The notes under the pieces were generated by a model. That model had not been told where the DNA came from, made no database searches, and was given only the letters and a program-made list of their open reading frames with translations. This document shows, piece after piece, positions 48,947 through 59,149 of a DNA stretch of 64,000 nt (position 1 is the first letter of the stretch; each line of letters opens with the position of its first letter). The stretch is from Patescibacteria group bacterium. GTDB lineage: Bacteria; Patescibacteriota; Patescibacteriia; UBA1558; UBA10009. The stretch spans positions 155,244 to 219,243 of the forward strand of contig JBAZSE010000002.1 in the NCBI GenBank assembly GCA_041662565.1, in the 5' to 3' direction. A program made the translations under genes and the position numbers.

Positions 48947-51316
48947 ATGCCTAAAAATTCCAAGAAAAAAAACAAACGGGATAAGGAAATTGAAGAAGAA
49001 GCCGAGGCCTCGCCGCTTTTAGCCACCGAGACCAAAAAAAGCATTTTAATTATTATCATCTTTGTTTTGGCCGCCCTTTCCATCCTGTCGTTTTTTGATT
49101 TAGCCGGCCAATTGGGCAACCTGTTACACGAAGCATTAAACTCTCTTTTGGGCTGGGGCGCCATTACCTTGCCCCTTGTTTTACTGCTCTGGGGCTATTT
49201 TTTGCTCTTGCCGGAAAAATACGCTATTTCTACCAGCAACTATGTGGGCTTATTCTTTTTGGTTTTGGGCTATTCGGGCATTTTACAATTCATTAAAGAT
49301 GCCGGCCAAGCAACTACCTGGGAAAGTGGTTTAGGTGGTGGGTATGTTGGCTACTTTATTTATCTGCCTTTGGAAAAATTCATGGGTTCACTGGCCTCAT
49401 TCTTGGTTTTAACGGCTATTTTTTTAATTGCTTTGCTTTTGTCTTTTAATACCACTTTGGCCAGCTTGCTGAAAAAAATCAATATCTTTAATTTATTTAA
49501 AGGCAAAATCAGCCGTGATCAAGAAGAAACCGATTGGCAAAACGATCAAGAAGATTGGATTGAAGGAGAAGAAACAATTGAAGACGAAAGTGTCCAAAAT
49601 TTACCTGATGAAGAAGCAACTGCAGGCGAAGTATTTAACAAGAAAAAAATTCCAGCCACAGCAGTTGCCAACCAAGTAAAAGATGTTTCCGATATTAAAG
49701 TTACTTTTTCTAAAAATCGCCCGAGAAGGGTAGAAGTTCCTCTAACTTTATTGGATGGCCGAACAGGCAAACCAACTTCCGGCGACATTACTGCCAATGC
49801 CCAAATTATCAGTTCCACTTTGGAAAATTTCGGTATTCCGGTAGAAATGGGTGAAATAAATGTTGGTCCTACCGTTACTCAATTTACCCTAAAACCCAGC
49901 GAGGGTATTAAGCTTTCGCGCATTACTGCCCTGCAAAACGATCTAGCTTTGGCATTAGCCGCTCATCCAATCAGAATTGAAGCTCCAATCCCAGGCAAAT
50001 CATTAGTTGGCGTAGAAGTGCCCAACCAAAAAATCGCCATTGTTAAGCTTAAAGATATTATTTCGAGCCCGGAATTTCAAACCAAACGCGGACATTTAAA
50101 AATCGCTCTGGGCGAAGATGTTTCCGGCAAATCCTGGGTGGTCAGTTTATCTTCTATGCCCCATTTGCTGATTGCCGGTGCTACCGGTTCGGGCAAATCC
50201 GTTTGCATTAACAATGTAATTATCAGCTTGCTCTACCAATACACGCCCGATCAATTAAAAATGGTTATTGTCGACCCCAAGCAGGTGGAGTTAACCAACT
50301 ACAACGGCATCCCTCATTTGCTAACACCGGTTATTACCGAAGTTGATAAAACCATTAACGCGCTTAGATGGGTGGTTAAGGAAATGGATGAACGATTCAA
50401 GGTTTTAAATAAAGCCGGCAAAAGAAATATCGAGGCCTACAACGAATCGGTTTTGGTTAATCGCCTGCCTTTTATCGTGGTAATTTTGGATGAGTTGGCC
50501 GACTTAATGGCCGTAGCTGCCAGAGATGTAGAAGGGGCAGTGGTTAGGTTAGCCCAAATGGCGCGGGCCGTGGGCATTCATTTGGTGGTAGCCACCCAAC
50601 GACCTTCGGTTAACGTTATCACAGGTTTGATTAAAGCCAATATTCCGGCCCGCATTGCTTTTGCCGTGGCCAGCCAAGTTGATTCCAGAACCATTTTGGA
50701 TTCCTCGGGCGCCGAAAAACTTTTAGGCAAAGGCGATTTGCTGTTTACTTCGGCCGAAGTTTCTAAACCTCGTCGCATCCAAGGCGCGTACTTAACTGAT
50801 CCGGAAATAGAAAGGGTAATTGATTTTTGGAAAGAACAAGGCCAACCCGAATACAACGATTCCATTACCGAAAGCCAAGGCCATAGCAGTATTCCGGGCG
50901 TTGGCGTTTCCAGCGACAGCGATGAACTGTTTGAAGAAGCCAAAGATATCGTTATTCGCGCCGGCAAGGCCTCGGCTTCGCTGTTGCAAAGGCGTTTGCG
51001 TGTTGGCTATGCCAGAGCAGCCCGCCTTTTGGATCTGTTGGAAGAACAAGGCATTATTGGCCCGGGCGATGGCGCCAAATCCCGAGAAATTTTAGTTAAT
51101 GATAACGATTATTTGCATATTCCTGCCGAAACAACTTCAAAATATGTTGTTGATGAACCGGAGGAAGTTGAAGAAGAAGAAACAAATAGCGAGGATGAAG
51201 AAGCATCCGATGAAACAGAAGAAGAAACGGAAGTTGATGAAGAAGAAATCGAAGAAAGTAATGAGGAAAAAGTAACAGAAGAAGAGGAAAAAGAAATTGA
51301 AAACAAAAACTCATGA
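48947..51316 (+). CDS. ftsK: DNA translocase FtsK
   Basis: 4TM N-terminus, RIEAPIPGK, GATGSGKS, DELADLM, ATQRPS, gamma domain LQRRLRVGYARAA and an acidic tail. Confidence 0.97.
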   Translation: MPKNSKKKNKRDKEIEEEAEASPLLATETKKSILIIIIFVLAALSILSFFDLAGQLGNLLHEALNSLLGWGAITLPLVLLLWGYFLLLPEKYAISTSNYVGLFFLVLGYSGILQFIKDAGQATTWESGLGGGYVGYFIYLPLEKFMGSLASFLVLTAIFLIALLLSFNTTLASLLKKINIFNLFKGKISRDQEETDWQNDQEDWIEGEETIEDESVQNLPDEEATAGEVFNKKKIPATAVANQVKDVSDIKVTFSKNRPRRVEVPLTLLDGRTGKPTSGDITANAQIISSTLENFGIPVEMGEINVGPTVTQFTLKPSEGIKLSRITALQNDLALALAAHPIRIEAPIPGKSLVGVEVPNQKIAIVKLKDIISSPEFQTKRGHLKIALGEDVSGKSWVVSLSSMPHLLIAGATGSGKSVCINNVIISLLYQYTPDQLKMVIVDPKQVELTNYNGIPHLLTPVITEVDKTINALRWVVKEMDERFKVLNKAGKRNIEAYNESVLVNRLPFIVVILDELADLMAVAARDVEGAVVRLAQMARAVGIHLVVATQRPSVNVITGLIKANIPARIAFAVASQVDSRTILDSSGAEKLLGKGDLLFTSAEVSKPRRIQGAYLTDPEIERVIDFWKEQGQPEYNDSITESQGHSSIPGVGVSSDSDELFEEAKDIVIRAGKASASLLQRRLRVGYARAARLLDLLEEQGIIGPGDGAKSREILVNDNDYLHIPAETTSKYVVDEPEEVEEEETNSEDEEASDETEEETEVDEEEIEESNEEKVTEEEEKEIENKNS

Positions 51317-52026
51317 CCAGTTTTATTGCCAAAAAATTATCCGCCCAAAAAAACTTGCCCGAAGTGCTTAAGGCCGAAAGGCAAAAAAGCAATTTAACTT
51401 TGGATGAATTATCATTGCAAACCCAGGTTTCGGTTAAATATTTAGAAGCCCTGGAAAACGGCGATTATCATTTATTACCCGGCGATATTTACACTCATGA
51501 ATTCTTAAAAAAAATCAGCAAATATTTTCATTTAAACGAAAAATCCCTTTACCAAATTTACCAAGCCGAAAAAAACAGCCAATTGGTTTTGCCCACTTTT
51601 AGAATTCAAACCAATTCTTCGCTCAACGGTCATTGGTTGTCGGTAAAAAATTTCAGAACTTTGCTGGCGATTTTGGTTTTAATGGCGTTAACCGGCTATT
51701 TTGGTTGGGAAATAAAAAATATCTATACCCCGCCGGCTTTGATTGTTTCTTCTCCGGCTAGCGAAACAGTTACTACGAATTCCACCATGGAAATTACCGG
51801 CCAAACCGAACCCGAAGCAGCCATAGCCATTAACCAGGAAAAAATATTGGCTTCTCCCGATGGCAGTTTTAACCAAACAGTAAATTTAACAGTTGGCTTG
51901 AATGTTTTTAAAATTTCTACCAGTAAAAAACACAGCAAAGAAAACAGCGTGACTATTTCCATTCTTCGTGAAAGCACTGTTTCCGGCGATCTTAACCGCC
52001 AAGACCAAACCCTAACCGTTTTTTAG
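51313..52026 (+). CDS. RodZ-like HTH membrane protein with Ig-like C-terminus
   Basis: YLEALENGDYHLLPG HTH, one TM helix and a beta-rich C-domain. Follows ftsK. Confidence 0.75.
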   Translation: MTSFIAKKLSAQKNLPEVLKAERQKSNLTLDELSLQTQVSVKYLEALENGDYHLLPGDIYTHEFLKKISKYFHLNEKSLYQIYQAEKNSQLVLPTFRIQTNSSLNGHWLSVKNFRTLLAILVLMALTGYFGWEIKNIYTPPALIVSSPASETVTTNSTMEITGQTEPEAAIAINQEKILASPDGSFNQTVNLTVGLNVFKISTSKKHSKENSVTISILRESTVSGDLNRQDQTLTVF

Positions 52027-52117
52027 ATTAAACTTCTCCAACTTGCTTTTTTAGACGATACCTGGTATTAAATATAGGTCAGGGTCTCTTTATAATTAAG
52101 AGGGTCAAAAGGATAAT

Positions 52118-53173
52118 ATGCCAAAAGAAAAAAAAGAGAAAGAAAGCGAGGAGGAACAAAGGTATCCTTCCCGGGCCGACCAAACTACGGCCGAAAAATC
52201 AACCGCCGCTACTCAGGCGATTGACCAAATCCGCTCGCGTTTTGGCGAGGGTTCAATTATGAAGCTGGGCGAAGCCAAGCAAATGCAGGTAGAAGCCATT
52301 CCTACCGGCTGTTTATCGCTGGATATCGCACTTGGCGTGGGCGGGGTGCCCAGGGGCAGGATTATTGAAATCTACGGGCCAGAGGCCTCGGGTAAAACAA
52401 CTCTAACCCAGCACATTATTGCCGAAGTCCAAAAACTGGGTGGCACAGCGGCGTTTATTGATGCCGAACATGCCTTGGATCCGGAATACGCCAAAAAAAT
52501 CGGCGTTAAAATAGATGATTTGTTAATTGCCCAGCCCGATACCGGCGAACAAGCCTTGGAAATTGCCGAAACTTTGGTTAGATCCAATGCCGTTGATGTG
52601 GTGGTAATTGACTCTGTGGCGGCTCTTGTTCCTAAGGCGGAAATTGAAGGCGACATGGGCGATTCGCACATGGGCTTGCAAGCTCGGCTAATGAGCCAGG
52701 CCTTGCGCAAGCTTTCGGGTATTGTTTCCAAAACCAATACCGTGGTTATTTTCATTAACCAGATTAGAATGAAAATCGGCGTCTTTTTCGGCAACCCGGA
52801 AACAACCACCGGTGGCATGGCCTTAAAATTCTACTCTTCAGTTCGAATTGAAGTGCGTAGAGCCGCGCAAATTAAAAAAGGCGAAGAAATAATCGGCAAC
52901 CGAGTTAACTGCAAAGTAGTTAAAAACAAAGTCGCCGCGCCGTTTAAGAGCACCCAGTTTGATATTATGTATAACGAAGGCATCAGCGTTTCGGGTGATA
53001 CTTTGGATACCGGCATTCAGTTTGGCATTATAGAAAAATCCGGCAACACCCACTCGTTTGGTGAAATCAAATTAGGCGTTGGCCGCGAAACCGCCAAAGA
53101 ATTCTTAAGAGATAACCCCAAGCTAATCAAGGAAATTAAAAAGAAGGTTTGGGAAAAGGTAAAAACCAGTTAA
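52118..53173 (+). CDS. recA: Recombinase A
   Basis: [29 protein letters not shown] and GNPETTTGG. Confidence 0.99.
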   Translation: MPKEKKEKESEEEQRYPSRADQTTAEKSTAATQAIDQIRSRFGEGSIMKLGEAKQMQVEAIPTGCLSLDIALGVGGVPRGRIIEIYGPEASGKTTLTQHIIAEVQKLGGTAAFIDAEHALDPEYAKKIGVKIDDLLIAQPDTGEQALEIAETLVRSNAVDVVVIDSVAALVPKAEIEGDMGDSHMGLQARLMSQALRKLSGIVSKTNTVVIFINQIRMKIGVFFGNPETTTGGMALKFYSSVRIEVRRAAQIKKGEEIIGNRVNCKVVKNKVAAPFKSTQFDIMYNEGISVSGDTLDTGIQFGIIEKSGNTHSFGEIKLGVGRETAKEFLRDNPKLIKEIKKKVWEKVKTS

Positions 53174-53216
53174 AATGATTTGCGTAAAAATTTAGATATC
53201 GCTATTAAAAGCGAAC

Positions 53217-53242
53217 GTAGGGGCTGGTTTAAAACCAGCCCT
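53217..53242. repeat. GTAG-type REP-like palindrome
   Basis: GTAG-GGGCTGGTTT-A-AAACCAGCCC. Confidence 0.55.
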
Positions 53243-53321
53243 TTTGTGAAATTTATTTTATTTACAAAATAAAAAATTCCCCGCTCCAAGGTTTGCCAAG
53301 AAGCGGGGTTTTGAAATATAT

Positions 53322-54206
53322 TTACCAGGAGAAGGTAAGGCCTAAACCTTGCGGGGTTGGGCCAACCGAATAGCTGGGAGTACAGACAGCACTGTTCGGA
53401 AAGAACAGCACTTCATATACAATAACTCCAGTGAGAGATAAGGCGCCAACCCCGATATCACCATCACGGAATCCGTTCGCGCCCCAAAACGGAACATCGC
53501 CTGAGCGCAAATAGCCGTTCATTTCCTCCCAGGCAACCAGCGTGGCAGTAATGCCCAACACCCTCCAGCCCAGATGCATATAAGGCCTAAGATGAGCGTT
53601 CATCCACCAAGGCCCGATAAAGGAAACCTCCCCGTTAAAATCAGAGAGGACGTGTTGAACCCCGCCTTGTTTGCCAGGAATTTTTACCCACTCGCCGGAG
53701 TGATTTGGAAAGGCCTCGCCTTCAACAAGAAAATTGTAAGACATGCACAAACCAACCCAGCTGACTCCGATTACGACGGCGGTTTCCACTTTAGGCCACA
53801 ATTCTTTTAGGGGCCTAGCGCAGTATATGCCGTTTCTAATCGTTGGATCTTCCGGAAACCATAAGGTCCAGCCAATCCCAACGCAATCAGCGCCCAGATC
53901 CCACCAGCTCCAGCCGTCGCCTCCGGCCATGCCATGAGTTTCCCATGGATAATAAGCATCTTTGACTTCATTTAAGATGCCAACACCCAAAGAAATACCG
54001 GCACCTGCCCACTTGTTTTTGAGAATGTCTGTCCATTCTCGGGCTAACCACGAATAGAACAAAGCGTGGGTAAGTTTGTCGGTGGTGCGCCAGTCATCCT
54101 GAGCCCACCTAAACTTGCCGGTTTCCGGCTTTAAGCCAAGATCGCCGGCTTGGCCAAGATTAGTGCAAAAGAGCACCAACACCACAAGTACCATTATCCT
54201 TCTCAT
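53322..54206 (-). CDS. Exported YfiM/DUF2279-like protein (ORFan cassette)
   Basis: Signal peptide, DKLTHA, EVKD and GWSWWDLGAD. GGAG SD, TTGACA at 54273-54278 (minus), own terminator. Confidence 0.65.
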   Translation of the reverse strand: MRRIMVLVVLVLFCTNLGQAGDLGLKPETGKFRWAQDDWRTTDKLTHALFYSWLAREWTDILKNKWAGAGISLGVGILNEVKDAYYPWETHGMAGGDGWSWWDLGADCVGIGWTLWFPEDPTIRNGIYCARPLKELWPKVETAVVIGVSWVGLCMSYNFLVEGEAFPNHSGEWVKIPGKQGGVQHVLSDFNGEVSFIGPWWMNAHLRPYMHLGWRVLGITATLVAWEEMNGYLRSGDVPFWGANGFRDGDIGVGALSLTGVIVYEVLFFPNSAVCTPSYSVGPTPQGLGLTFSW

Positions 54207-54311
54207 TTTCTTCTCCAGAATTTTTGATGTAAATGATGCAAATTAATATAATTTACTCAAAATTAAACCATTTGTCAAGACACGATAAACAAGGTAAAAT
54301 GGCTATAATAT

Positions 54312-55727
54312 ATGCAAAACTTAACCAAATCTATTGCCAGCAACACTTTTTGGCAGATTTTAGGCAAGATTGTAGGCACAATAATTGGCCTGGCAACCAT
54401 AGGCTTACTAACCCGCTACTTGGGCAGCGAGGGTTTTGGCTACTACACTATGGCCTTGGCCTTTATGCAGTTTTTTGGCGTCTTGGTTGATTTGGGCTTG
54501 TATTTGATTTGCTTAAAAGAAATGGCCGCCAATCCCCAAAACGAACAGAAAATTTTTAATAATATTTTTACTTTACGAATTATTTCCGCCATTATTTTGC
54601 TAGGAGGCGGTTGTTTATTAATTTTTGCTTTTCCTTATCCAACACAAGTTAAGTGGGCCGCCGTGATTGTTTCTTTATCTTTCTTTTTTGCTTCTTTAGT
54701 TCAAACCTTAACCACGGTTTTCCAAAAATACTTAAAAATGGGGTTGGTGGCGTTGGCCGAAGTTTTGGGTCGACTGGTTTTTTTCTTAGCCACGATTTGG
54801 TTTATTTTTTATCAGGCCGATTTAATTACCTTAATGTGGGGCAATGTTTTAAATACTCTGGTTTATTTTTTAATTTTGTGGATTTTAATAAAAAAATATA
54901 TCAAAATTACCTGGGCCTTTGATTTTAGTTATTGGAAAATAATCTTACAAAAAACCTGGCCCATTGCTTTAGGTATTGCTTTCAACTTGGTTTATTTTAG
55001 GGCCGATACGATTATTTTATCTTTATTTAAACCAGCTCTTGATGTGGGAATTTACGGCGCGCCCTACAAAATTTTAGAAATTATTACCACATTTCCGCAC
55101 ATGTTTATGGGTTTAATTATGCCCCTCTTAACCGCAGCTTGGATCAGCCAAAACTTGGAACGCTTTAAAAACGTAATGCAAAAAACCTTTGATTTTTTTA
55201 TCATCTTAGCCGTGCCTATGGTTTTGGGTACCATTCCCTTGAGCAACAAAATTATGACCCTAATTGCCGGGCCGGAATTTATTGCTTCCGGAGCCGTACT
55301 ACCTGCGCTCATGCTAGCAACAGGGATTATTTTTATGGGTATTTTGTTTACTTACTGCCTGGTAATTTTGGATAAGCAAAAAAACATGCTCAAATACTAC
55401 TTTTCCGCTGCTGTTTTGGCCTTAATCGGCTACTTTATCTTTATACCACGCTATTCCTACTTTGGTGCTGCCTGGGTAACAGTGATTATTGAACTGTTTA
55501 TCGCCTTAAGCGCTTTTGCTTTAACTTATAAATTTTCCCGCGTTTCCTTATCCTTTAATATTTTTTGGAAAGCACTCTTGGCTTCAATAATTATGTTGGT
55601 ATGTCTGAATTTGTTAATCAATTGGCCGATTATCTGGCTGGTTTTAACAGGCATAATTGTTTACACTTTAGTAATGATGGCGATAAAAGGCATTAATAAA
55701 CAATTATTAGGTAGCATTTTAAAATAA
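54312..55727 (+). CDS. Polysaccharide flippase (Wzx/MurJ-like, MOP superfamily)
   Basis: TRYLG.EGFGYY, DLGL, many TM helices, DVGIYG and GAAWVT. Confidence 0.9.
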   Translation: MQNLTKSIASNTFWQILGKIVGTIIGLATIGLLTRYLGSEGFGYYTMALAFMQFFGVLVDLGLYLICLKEMAANPQNEQKIFNNIFTLRIISAIILLGGGCLLIFAFPYPTQVKWAAVIVSLSFFFASLVQTLTTVFQKYLKMGLVALAEVLGRLVFFLATIWFIFYQADLITLMWGNVLNTLVYFLILWILIKKYIKITWAFDFSYWKIILQKTWPIALGIAFNLVYFRADTIILSLFKPALDVGIYGAPYKILEIITTFPHMFMGLIMPLLTAAWISQNLERFKNVMQKTFDFFIILAVPMVLGTIPLSNKIMTLIAGPEFIASGAVLPALMLATGIIFMGILFTYCLVILDKQKNMLKYYFSAAVLALIGYFIFIPRYSYFGAAWVTVIIELFIALSAFALTYKFSRVSLSFNIFWKALLASIIMLVCLNLLINWPIIWLVLTGIIVYTLVMMAIKGINKQLLGSILK

Positions 55728-55733
55728 AATATC

Positions 55734-57056
55734 GTGATGCTTTATTATTTCTTAATTATTTTATTCTATCTTTGCTTTATTTATCTTGGCTTTAAAAATT
55801 TTAAATTAGGCATTTATTTAGTTTGTTCTCTTTTGCCAACTTATTTAATCCGTTTTGCCGTTTTTGGCTTGCCAATGACTCTACTTGAAGGCATGATAAT
55901 AATTTTATTTTTTACTTGGTTGATAAAAGAAAAAGTCAGTTGGAATCCCTTGGTTTGGCTTAAAAATATTAAAGAACAAAAACTAAAGATTGAAGATCAC
56001 AATGTAATTCCCAAAATTTTACGCTGGCCGATTATTTTACTCTTGGTCGCCTCAACTATTTCTGTTTTTGTGGCACCAAACTTTGAACCTGCGCTCGGTA
56101 TTTGGAAGGCCTATTTTATCGAGCCGATCATGTTTTTCTTGATTTTTGTTTACAATATTAAAACCAGGGCGGAAATTAAAAATGTTATTCGTGCTTTAGG
56201 TATCACGGTTGTGGCTATCGGAATTTTTGCCATAATCCAAAAACTTACCGGCAGTTTGATCCCCAATCCTTTTTGGGCGGCGGAAGAAACCAGACGCATA
56301 ACAACTTTTTTTGGTTATCCTAATGCCAATGCTTTATTTGTTTTACCTATGATTTTTTTAACCTTATATAATCTGTTGACTGATAAAAAATTTTGGCTGA
56401 TTTGTTTTAATGTTTTGATTATAATTTTGGGGATTTTAACCGTCATTTGGACCGCTTCAACCGGCGCGCTTATTGGACTAGCCGTAGGACTATTTGCCTT
56501 GCTTTTGTTCTATAAAAAAACCCGCTTGCCAATATTGATTTCTTGTTTTCTTGTTTTCTTGTTTTTTGGCTTTACTCCCGCCATTCAAAATAAAATCAAC
56601 AATTCACTCTACCTCGCCTCTCAAACCAAACTGCCGTTAGTGCCAACCGATTTACAAATGCGTTCACAAATGTGGCGCGAGACCTTATCCATGCTAGCTG
56701 ACCGTCCGCTGACTGGCGCTGGGCTATCTGGCTATCAAACTACTGTTTCACCTTTTCATGTAAACCAACATATTGAAATTTATCTGTATCCTCACAACTT
56801 CTTTCTAAACTTTTGGACAGAAACCGGTTTGCTGGGGTTAGTTGCTATTACCTGGCTCTTAATCGCTTTCTTTACATTAAGCGCTAAAAAGCCAGATTCA
56901 TTGACTTTTATAGCTATTTCTGGTATGATAACTCTTCTGATTCATGGTTTGGTTGATGTTCCTTACTTTAAAAACGATTTAGCAATTTTATTTTGGATCA
57001 TTGTTGGAATAGCAATTGTTTTATATAATCAAAAAGATTTTGGAAGGGTCGCATAG
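55734..57056 (+). CDS. O-antigen ligase/polymerase family protein
   Basis: R..TFFGYPNA, R.QMW, P.TGAG, YPHNFFLNFW.ETG and HGLVDVPYF. Confidence 0.9.
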   Translation: MMLYYFLIILFYLCFIYLGFKNFKLGIYLVCSLLPTYLIRFAVFGLPMTLLEGMIIILFFTWLIKEKVSWNPLVWLKNIKEQKLKIEDHNVIPKILRWPIILLLVASTISVFVAPNFEPALGIWKAYFIEPIMFFLIFVYNIKTRAEIKNVIRALGITVVAIGIFAIIQKLTGSLIPNPFWAAEETRRITTFFGYPNANALFVLPMIFLTLYNLLTDKKFWLICFNVLIIILGILTVIWTASTGALIGLAVGLFALLLFYKKTRLPILISCFLVFLFFGFTPAIQNKINNSLYLASQTKLPLVPTDLQMRSQMWRETLSMLADRPLTGAGLSGYQTTVSPFHVNQHIEIYLYPHNFFLNFWTETGLLGLVAITWLLIAFFTLSAKKPDSLTFIAISGMITLLIHGLVDVPYFKNDLAILFWIIVGIAIVLYNQKDFGRVA

Positions 57057-57132
57057 TTGGTCGAGTGCGGTGCTCTCGAAAAGCACTAGATCCGAAAGGA
57101 TCTCGTGGGTTCGAATCCCACCCCTTCCGCCA
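57042..57132 (+). tRNA. tRNA-Ser(CGA)
   Basis: GGAAGGG/CCCTTCC acceptor stem, GTGCT-CTCGAAA-AGCAC anticodon arm, long variable arm AGATCC-GAAA-GGATCT, CCA. Confidence 0.95.
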
Positions 57133-57220
57133 TCGCCACGCTGAAGCGTGGCTAAGGCGTGACGAAGTCCGCCGTAGCCATGCGAAAGCGGACATGTAAT
57201 AAAATAAGAAAAGCGATAAT

Positions 57221-57466
57221 ATGTTTTTTGTTTACAGCTTAAAATGCAAAGATGGATTTTACATAGGTTGCACTAATAACCTAAAAGACCGGCTAGAAAG
57301 ACATCGTCGAGGCAACGTACCGGCAACAGCAGAACGCTTGCCTGTAAAACTTGAATTTTATTTGGCAATTACTGATAAATATAAGGCCTTTGAATTTGAA
57401 AAATACTTAAAATCGGGATCTGGTCGCGCATTCACAAACAAACACTTAGCACAATTGCTAAAATAA
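57221..57466 (+). CDS. Small GIY-YIG nuclease
   Basis: FVYSL..FYIGCTNNL..RL..H and A..FEKYLKSGSGR. Confidence 0.9.
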   Translation: MFFVYSLKCKDGFYIGCTNNLKDRLERHRRGNVPATAERLPVKLEFYLAITDKYKAFEFEKYLKSGSGRAFTNKHLAQLLK

Positions 57467-57470
57467 TTAT

Positions 57471-57722
57471 ATGGCCAAAAAGAGAATCCTCGCCGGAACC
57501 ATACACAAACTCCCAATGGACTTACAAAAAGCCCTTATGGCCACGCCTGTAGCGCAAACAACTTGGCAAGATATCACGCCGCTTTCGCGCAATGAATGGA
57601 TTTGCTGGATTACCTCCGGGAAAAAAGAAGAAACAAGAAATATACGTATCCAAAAAGCACTATCAAAGCTTGCAGGAGGCATGCGTCGGCCTTGTTGCTG
57701 GCCCGGCTGCCCGCATCGGTAA
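57471..57722 (+). CDS. YdeI/OmpD-associated family protein
   Basis: LPMDL..AL, TPLSRNEWICWI..KKEETR and RRPCCWPGCPHR. Confidence 0.85.
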   Translation: MAKKRILAGTIHKLPMDLQKALMATPVAQTTWQDITPLSRNEWICWITSGKKEETRNIRIQKALSKLAGGMRRPCCWPGCPHR

Positions 57723-57729
57723 AATATTT

Positions 57730-58497
57730 ATGACAAAAATCAACCCTTATTACCGCTATTTTTCTAAAGATGGAATTAGAGCCGAAATTCTAAAAAAAGT
57801 TATTTCTTCAATCCCTGCTAAAACAAAGATTTATGTTATTGGCGGCGGCGCCAGAAATGCTATTTATTATGAATTATTTAAAAAATCTTTGCCTCAAAGG
57901 GATTTTGATTTGTTGCTGATCGGCGACTTAAAAAAGTTTACCGATACGCTCAGGAAAAAATACGGTTTTACTTACGGCAAAATTAACAGAAAACATGATG
58001 TTGTTTTAAAAAAGAAATTAATACCAAAACCAAAAATAGTTACCGATTATCTTGTTTTGGACATTCATCAAAATACCGAGCCGAGTATTTTAAAAAATTT
58101 ACAAGACAACGCCGCTTTCAGCATTAATGGCTTTGCTATTCCTTTAAAAAACTATTTGGATAAAAAGATCAAAAAACATCTTATTGCCTTACCGCGAGCC
58201 ATTAATGATTTAAGAAATCATCGCTTGCGTTTAAATTCAATTAAATTCCAAAAGCACCCCGGCAATCTTTTTGCTTGTTTGCGATTTATGTCACTTAATT
58301 TTACTCCCCCACCTAAAAAAGAAGTTGCCCTATTGCTGGAGCAATTGCCGCATTTGGAAAAGTGGCGCTTCGCTAGAAATGTTAAAAAGGTTTTTAATTA
58401 TGTCGGCGGAGAAAAAAGAGCCAGACAACTTGTTAAAAAACTCGGAATTAAAATTGATATTTTTGATTTTAATAAATTAAAAGTTTTGAAAAAATGA
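57730..58497 (+). CDS. Divergent CCA/poly(A) polymerase-like nucleotidyltransferase
   Basis: IYVIGGGARN, RDFDL, FSINGFAI and DLRNHRLR echo class II nucleotidyltransferase head motifs. Confidence 0.6.
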   Translation: MTKINPYYRYFSKDGIRAEILKKVISSIPAKTKIYVIGGGARNAIYYELFKKSLPQRDFDLLLIGDLKKFTDTLRKKYGFTYGKINRKHDVVLKKKLIPKPKIVTDYLVLDIHQNTEPSILKNLQDNAAFSINGFAIPLKNYLDKKIKKHLIALPRAINDLRNHRLRLNSIKFQKHPGNLFACLRFMSLNFTPPPKKEVALLLEQLPHLEKWRFARNVKKVFNYVGGEKRARQLVKKLGIKIDIFDFNKLKVLKK

Positions 58498-59132
58498 AGT
58501 TATTTTTATTCGGCGGGGCGGAAACATCTTTAAATCAAGTCGGACCGGAAATAAAGCTGATTGGCCAAGTTATAAAAAAACTTAAAGTTAAACAGGTTTT
58601 ACATATTCCTTTTGCCAGAACCACCACCAAAGAGCACTCCTGGAGTGGTGATTGGTTTCATAGAAATATTAAACTAAAAGGTGTAACTTATTTAAACGCC
58701 AAAAACGAAACAGATATTGCCAAAGCTAAAAGGCCTTTAATTTTTGTTAGCGGTGGCAGTGAGCATGTTAATTTGTTGAATCAAATAAATTCCAACCCCA
58801 AACTTTTAAAACTTATTAAAAACGCTCGCTACTATATTGGTGAATCAGCCGGTTCCATGATTGCAGGCACATATCAAAGATCCGGACGCCTGGACGGACG
58901 CCGGAGAATAATTAAAGGCCTTAACCTAGTAAAGAATACCATTATTGCCGTACATTATACCGAAAGAAAAATGCAACCTATATTAACTCGTAACATGAAA
59001 AAAACCAAGGTTAAATATGGTATTGGCATCGATTGTGTAACTGCACTGGAATTTGAGTTAAAAGATTGGCCTAAAAAATTCAACACTATCGGCAACGGCA
59101 TGGTAGAAATTATAACAAAATCCAAAAAATAA
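58494..59132 (+). CDS. Peptidase E (S51) / class I glutamine amidotransferase-like
   Basis: IFVSGG, nucleophile elbow GESAG, VHY and GID. Confidence 0.8.
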   Translation: MKLFLFGGAETSLNQVGPEIKLIGQVIKKLKVKQVLHIPFARTTTKEHSWSGDWFHRNIKLKGVTYLNAKNETDIAKAKRPLIFVSGGSEHVNLLNQINSNPKLLKLIKNARYYIGESAGSMIAGTYQRSGRLDGRRRIIKGLNLVKNTIIAVHYTERKMQPILTRNMKKTKVKYGIGIDCVTALEFELKDWPKKFNTIGNGMVEIITKSKK

Positions 59133-59149
59133 TTTATTTAATATTTTTT

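Noticed and set aside
51150-51316. DNA repeat in the ftsK tail
   Set aside because: It is low-complexity Glu-rich coding sequence, not a discrete repeat.
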